From Candidatus Krumholzibacteriia bacterium (GTDB lineage: Bacteria; Krumholzibacteriota; Krumholzibacteriia; LZORAL124-64-63): a stretch of DNA of 10,618 nucleotides. The notes beneath the pieces were generated by a model. That model worked only from the letters and a program-made list of their open reading frames with translations, did no database searches and had not been told where the DNA came from. The stretch covers positions 1-10,618 of the forward strand of contig JAWOID010000124.1 of assembly GCA_046484865.1 (NCBI GenBank). The letters run 5' to 3'. Every line of letters begins with the position of its first letter. The stretch's first letter is position 1. The position numbers were made by a program, and so were the translations under genes. Of this stretch, positions 6,927-10,618 are shown in pieces.

Positions 6927-7634
6927 GTGAACGACCGCCGCGACGAGACGGACCGGAGCGACGACCGGCGCGTCATGGACATGCCGGGACCTCAGGACCC
7001 CGAACCGTGGCTGGCCTGGGCGCGGGAGATCCAGTCGCTGGGCCAGATCATCCAGGCCTTCGCCCGCACCGAGTACGACACCGCCAACGGCAGGCGCTTG
7101 CAGGAGATCGCCGCCGACATGGTGGCGCGGCGCACCGGTCTGGACGCGGCGCCTCTCGTCGACGATTTCCTGAGCCAGCCGGGCTACACCACTCCCAAGA
7201 TCGACGTGCGAGCCGCGGCGGTGCGCCCGGGCGACCGCGGGCCGGAGATCCTGCTGGTCCAGGAAGCGGCCGACCGCCGCTGGTGCCTGCCCGGCGGCTG
7301 GGCCGACGTGGGATCGGTGCCCGGCGACGAGGCGGCCCGCGAGTGCGAGGAGGAGAGCGGGTACCAGGTGCGGCCGGTGAAGGTGGTGGGTGTGTTCGAC
7401 GCCAACCGCGGCGGCCGGCCCATGGAGTTCTTCCACGCCTACAAGCTGATCTTCCTCTGCGAGATCGAGCGCGGCGAGGCTCGCGCCAGCCACGAGACGC
7501 TGGCGGTGGACTTCTTCCCCCTCGACGATCCGGCGGCGTTGCCCCCGCTGTCGCAGAACCGCACGAACGCCCGCCACCTGGAGGAGATCCGGGCGCACGT
7601 CGCGGATCCGTCGCGCGCCGCCTGGTTCGACTGA
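6927..7634 (+). CDS. Nudix hydrolase with N-terminal Nudix_N region (YjhB/ADP-ribose pyrophosphatase-like)
   Basis: WLAWAREIQSLGQ...GYTTPKIDVRAA, Nudix box LPGGWADVGSVPGDEAARECEEESGY, HAYKLIFLC, ET..VDFF...LPPLS..R, terminal WFD. Start is GTG6927 (GGGAG upstream) or ATG6975/6981. Confidence 0.92.
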   Translation: MNDRRDETDRSDDRRVMDMPGPQDPEPWLAWAREIQSLGQIIQAFARTEYDTANGRRLQEIAADMVARRTGLDAAPLVDDFLSQPGYTTPKIDVRAAAVRPGDRGPEILLVQEAADRRWCLPGGWADVGSVPGDEAARECEEESGYQVRPVKVVGVFDANRGGRPMEFFHAYKLIFLCEIERGEARASHETLAVDFFPLDDPAALPPLSQNRTNARHLEEIRAHVADPSRAAWFD

Positions 7635-7649
7635 ACGGTTCGACTGAAC
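7624..7649. repeat. Perfect 13-bp tandem duplication GGTTCGACTGAAC spanning the Nudix stop codon
   Basis: Copies at 7624-7636 and 7637-7649; each contains GTTC-N4-GAAC. CGAACC (7651-7656) is complementary to GGTTCG. Confidence 0.85.
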
Positions 7650-7670
7650 GCGAACCGACCGCCCCCAGCG

Positions 7671-7760
7671 CGGAATTGACAGATCGTATCAATAAGACTG
7701 ATTCGGTCCGACTAATTGTTGCGGATCATTCCGAGTTATGACACCATGGTGATACCTTGC
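7671..7760 (+). promoter_or_regulatory. AT-rich promoter/operator region of the multiheme cytochrome gene
   Basis: 44% GC (40/90). Perfect TTGACA at 7676-7681 sits within ATTGACA-N5-TATCAAT (7675-7693). GACT-GATTC-GGTC at 7696-7708; perfect palindrome CACCATGGTG at 7742-7751; candidate extended -10 TGA-TACCTT at 7750-7758. Confidence 0.6.
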
Positions 7761-7825
7761 CGCCGCGCATGGCGCGTTCGTTCCTGCGTCGCCGCGACGG
7801 CCGAACCTCACCAGGAGTGCGGAAG

Positions 7826-10513
7826 ATGCGGCGCCTGACGAATGAAAACCGCTGGGCTCACGACCTCGGATCGATCCTGATCTCGCTGGGTGTCTTCGGG
7901 CTGGTCCTGACCTTCTGGACAGCCGAAGCCGGCGCTCGCAATCCTTATCGTCGCGCCTTCTTCAACGTCTATCCGTCCGTCACCGGGTCCGTGCTCGACG
8001 ACGTGCCGAGCAGCTCGGGTCATTGCGGCGCCTGCCACTTCGACTTCAATGGCGGCGGACAGCGCAACGCCTACGGCTTGCGGGTCGAGGTGCAGCTCGG
8101 TTCGTACTCCAGCACCGAGGACGCCATCTTCTCGCTGCACGACGAGGATTCCGACAACGACGGCTTCACCAACGGCGTGGAGATCACCGACACCACGAAC
8201 TTCGGCAACACGCCCACCTTCCCCGGCCTGCGCGCGAGCAACGTGGGTCAGGCGGTGAACGTGGCGCTGGTCGACATCGAGGACCACCTCACGCCGGCGG
8301 GCGGCAGCGACGTCGATCCGCCGGTGGTCGCCGTGCTGGCGCCCAGCGGCGGCGCGAGCTTCACCGCCGAGACCGAGCAACTCGTCCAGTGGACGGCGAG
8401 CGACCCGAGCGGCATCGCGTCGGTGGACATCCTGCTGAGCACGGACGGCGGCGTGAGCTACCGGCCGGTGGCCCGCAACCTCCCGGGCGCCGCCACCAGC
8501 TACGACTGGTTCGTGCCCCTGCGCCCCGGCCCCCAGACCGTCCTGAAGGTGGTGGCGCGCGACGGCGCCGGAAACCCCGGCGATGCCGTCAGCGGTGCGT
8601 TCACCATCGTGCACAGCGGCCGCGGGCTGGTGGCCACGACCATGCGGGACTTCGACCTGCCCGGCTCGCAGCCGCTGGAGGCGGGGATCCTGGAGCATCC
8701 CGACGACTGCGCCACCTGTCACGGCGGTTACGACGCCCTGGTGGAACCTCACCGCAACTGGCAGGGCAGCATGATGGCGCACGCCATGCGCGACCCGCTC
8801 TACCTGGCGACGGTGGCGGTGGCGGAGCAGGACGCGCCCGGCGTGGGCGACCTCTGCCTGCGCTGCCACACCCCGGGCGGCTGGCTGGAGGGGCGGTCCA
8901 CCGACACCAGCGGCGGGCAGCTGATCGCCAAGGATCGCGAGAGCGTCCAGTGCGACTTCTGCCACCGCATGGTGGATCCCATCTACACTGCAGGGGTGAG
9001 CCCGGTGGAGGACGCCGACATCCTCGCCGCTCTCGCCGAAGTGCCCCTGGCTCCGGCCAACGGGCAGTTCGTGACCGACCCCGATCCGGTGCGCCGCGGC
9101 CCCTACGAGGACGCCCTGGCGGCGCACCAGTTCCTCGCTTCCCCGTTCCACCGCGAGAGCGATCTGTGCGGCACCTGCCATGACGTGAGCAATCCGGTAT
9201 TCGTCCGCGGCGCCGGCGAGCACGAGTACGTGGTGGCCGATCTGGACGCGCCGCATCCGGACAACGACCTGCGCAACATGTTCCCGGTGGAGCGCACCTA
9301 CAGCGAGTGGTCGCACTCGGCGTACGCCGCCGGCGGCGTGTATGCGCCGCAGTTCGCCGGCGACCGTCCCGACGGCATGGTCTCGAGCTGCCAGGACTGC
9401 CACATGCGCGACGTGACCGGCGCCGGCGCCGAACTCGGCCCGGTGCGCTCCGACCTGCCCCTGCACGATCTGACCGGCGGCAATCACTTCATCCCGGACA
9501 TCCTGGCGGACCTGTACCCCGGCGAGGTGGATGCCGTCGCCCTCGCCGAGGGCAAGGTGCGGGCCGAGGCCATGCTGTCGCTGGCGGCGACGATGGAACT
9601 CGGACAGGAGAGCAGCGGCGCCGGCGGCGCGACCATCGCCGTCACCGTCGTCAACGAGACCGGCCACAAGCTGCCGTCGGGATATCCCGAGGGCCGGCGC
9701 ATCTGGCTCAACGTCCGCGCCTTCGACGGCGGCAATGCGCTGGTTTACGAGTCGGGCGCCTACGATGCGGCCACGGGCTTCCTCACCCACGATCCGGATC
9801 TGAAGATCTACCACGCCGAGCCCGGCATCTCGACACGGCTGGCCTCGGCGACGGGCCTCACCGCCGGGCCGTCGTTCCACTTCGCGCTGAACGACAGCAT
9901 CTACCTGGACAACCGGATCCCGCCGCGCGGCTTCACGAACGCGGCGTTCGCGGCGGTGCAAGCGGCGCCGATCGCCCACAGCTACGCCGACGGCCAGTAC
10001 GCCGACACGACCCGCTACACCCTACCGATGACGGCGGCGCGGGCCGAGGTCGTGCTGTACTACCAGAGCACGTCGCTGGAATACGTCACGTTCCTGCGCG
10101 ACGAGAACACGACCACGGACCACGGCCAGGTGCTCTACGACGCCTGGGTGGGGCAGGGGCGCTGCGCGCCGGTGGTCATGACCAGCGCCGACCTGGCGCT
10201 CGACGTCACCGCGGTGGGACCGGGCGACGTGCCGGCGGCCACCTACCTGGCGCAGAATGCGCCCAACCCGTTCAACCCGAGCACCACGCTGCGCTTCGGC
10301 CTGCGTGACGCCGGGCCGGTGCAGGTGCGCATCTTCGACGAGCGCGGGCGCCTGGTGCGCACGCTGGTCGACGAGACGCGCACGGCCGGCATGCACACCG
10401 TGGTCTGGGACGGCCGCGACCACGGCGGCCGCCGGGTGGCCTCGGGCGTCTACCACGGCGTCCTGCGCGCCGACGGCCGTGAACTGACGCGCAAGATGAC
10501 GCTGGTCAAATAA
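7826..10513 (+). CDS. Exported hexaheme c-type cytochrome (895 aa): signal peptide, monoheme/DxDxDG module, Ig-like domain, pentaheme core, C-terminal T9SS type A / FlgD-Ig sorting domain
   Basis: SD CAGGAG 7812-7817 and ATG7826; hydrophobic signal ending AEAGA. CxxCH motifs at 8024 (CGACH), 8708 (CATCH), 8855 (CLRCH), 8951 (CDFCH), 9167 (CGTCH) and 9389 (CQDCH). C-terminus LAQNAPNPFNPSTTLRF...IFDERGRLVRTL...WDGRD..G..VASGVY...RKMTLVK. Confidence 0.92.
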   Translation: MRRLTNENRWAHDLGSILISLGVFGLVLTFWTAEAGARNPYRRAFFNVYPSVTGSVLDDVPSSSGHCGACHFDFNGGGQRNAYGLRVEVQLGSYSSTEDAIFSLHDEDSDNDGFTNGVEITDTTNFGNTPTFPGLRASNVGQAVNVALVDIEDHLTPAGGSDVDPPVVAVLAPSGGASFTAETEQLVQWTASDPSGIASVDILLSTDGGVSYRPVARNLPGAATSYDWFVPLRPGPQTVLKVVARDGAGNPGDAVSGAFTIVHSGRGLVATTMRDFDLPGSQPLEAGILEHPDDCATCHGGYDALVEPHRNWQGSMMAHAMRDPLYLATVAVAEQDAPGVGDLCLRCHTPGGWLEGRSTDTSGGQLIAKDRESVQCDFCHRMVDPIYTAGVSPVEDADILAALAEVPLAPANGQFVTDPDPVRRGPYEDALAAHQFLASPFHRESDLCGTCHDVSNPVFVRGAGEHEYVVADLDAPHPDNDLRNMFPVERTYSEWSHSAYAAGGVYAPQFAGDRPDGMVSSCQDCHMRDVTGAGAELGPVRSDLPLHDLTGGNHFIPDILADLYPGEVDAVALAEGKVRAEAMLSLAATMELGQESSGAGGATIAVTVVNETGHKLPSGYPEGRRIWLNVRAFDGGNALVYESGAYDAATGFLTHDPDLKIYHAEPGISTRLASATGLTAGPSFHFALNDSIYLDNRIPPRGFTNAAFAAVQAAPIAHSYADGQYADTTRYTLPMTAARAEVVLYYQSTSLEYVTFLRDENTTTDHGQVLYDAWVGQGRCAPVVMTSADLALDVTAVGPGDVPAATYLAQNAPNPFNPSTTLRFGLRDAGPVQVRIFDERGRLVRTLVDETRTAGMHTVVWDGRDHGGRRVASGVYHGVLRADGRELTRKMTLVK

Positions 10514-10554
10514 ACCCCGGCGAAGGGCGCGTCCATCGAGCTGATCCCCGGTCG

Positions 10555-10618
10555 CCGGCGGCCACACTGGCTCCCGCCGGCGGCCGCGGCCCGGTCCCGC
10601 CCGGCGGCCACACTGGCT
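10555..10618. repeat. 18-bp direct repeat CCGGCGGCCACACTGGCT, period 46 nt, running off the window end
   Basis: Exact copies at 10555-10572 and 10601-10618, both preceded by CCCGGTC with small indels. Partial CGCCGGCGGCC at 10575-10585. Confidence 0.75.

Noticed and set aside
6868..6930. TGA followed by a hairpin as a possible SECIS/selenocysteine readthrough
   Set aside because: Readthrough adds only about 20 unremarkable residues before another TGA at 6928-6930, and the context is not Cys-like.
7757..7840. Twin-arginine (Tat) signal or upstream start for the cytochrome
   Set aside because: MRRLT and RSFLRRR do not fit S/T-R-R-x-F-L-K, c-type cytochromes normally use Sec, and the SD supports ATG7826.
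8708..9403. NrfA (pentaheme nitrite reductase) assignment
   Set aside because: All five motifs are CxxCH with no CxxCK, and the surrounding sequence and architecture do not resemble NrfA.
7808..9979. Long antisense and alternative-frame ORFs (also 857-1732, 1689-3284, 2042-3835, 4417-5697, 5830-6912, 8023-9183, 9307-10308)
   Set aside because: Typical stop-poor shadow frames of high-GC genes; no recognisable motifs and full overlap with well-supported CDSs.
10555..10618. CRISPR array
   Set aside because: Only two 18-bp copies, the spacer itself resembles the repeat, and there are no cas genes or AT-rich leader.

Overview
High-GC bacterial DNA (roughly 70% by eye) with four blocks. (1) Positions 1-140 are a lower-GC (73/140 = 52%) remnant of a flavin-disulfide oxidoreductase gene joined to a 5'-truncated sensor kinase, probably a chimeric contig end or deletion scar. 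(2) A + strand signalling/transport operon encodes a histidine kinase, a receiver domain fused in frame to a DASS/SLC13-type permease with non-canonical SNT motifs, and a stand-alone receiver protein; none has a DNA-binding output domain. (3) A - strand GT4 glycosyltransferase is divergent from a housekeeping-like cluster (def, divergent DUF309-like protein, Nudix hydrolase). (4) An 895-aa exported protein has six CxxCH motifs (a temptin-like monoheme module, an Ig-like domain, a pentaheme core) and a C-terminal T9SS/FlgD-Ig sorting domain, behind an AT-rich promoter with operator-like palindromes. The sorting domain plus high GC suggests a non-Bacteroidota FCB lineage (inference). The best candidates for undescribed biology are the T9SS-tagged multiheme cytochrome and the putatively phosphorylation-controlled DASS transporter. 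All family calls come from motif recognition; no searches were run.
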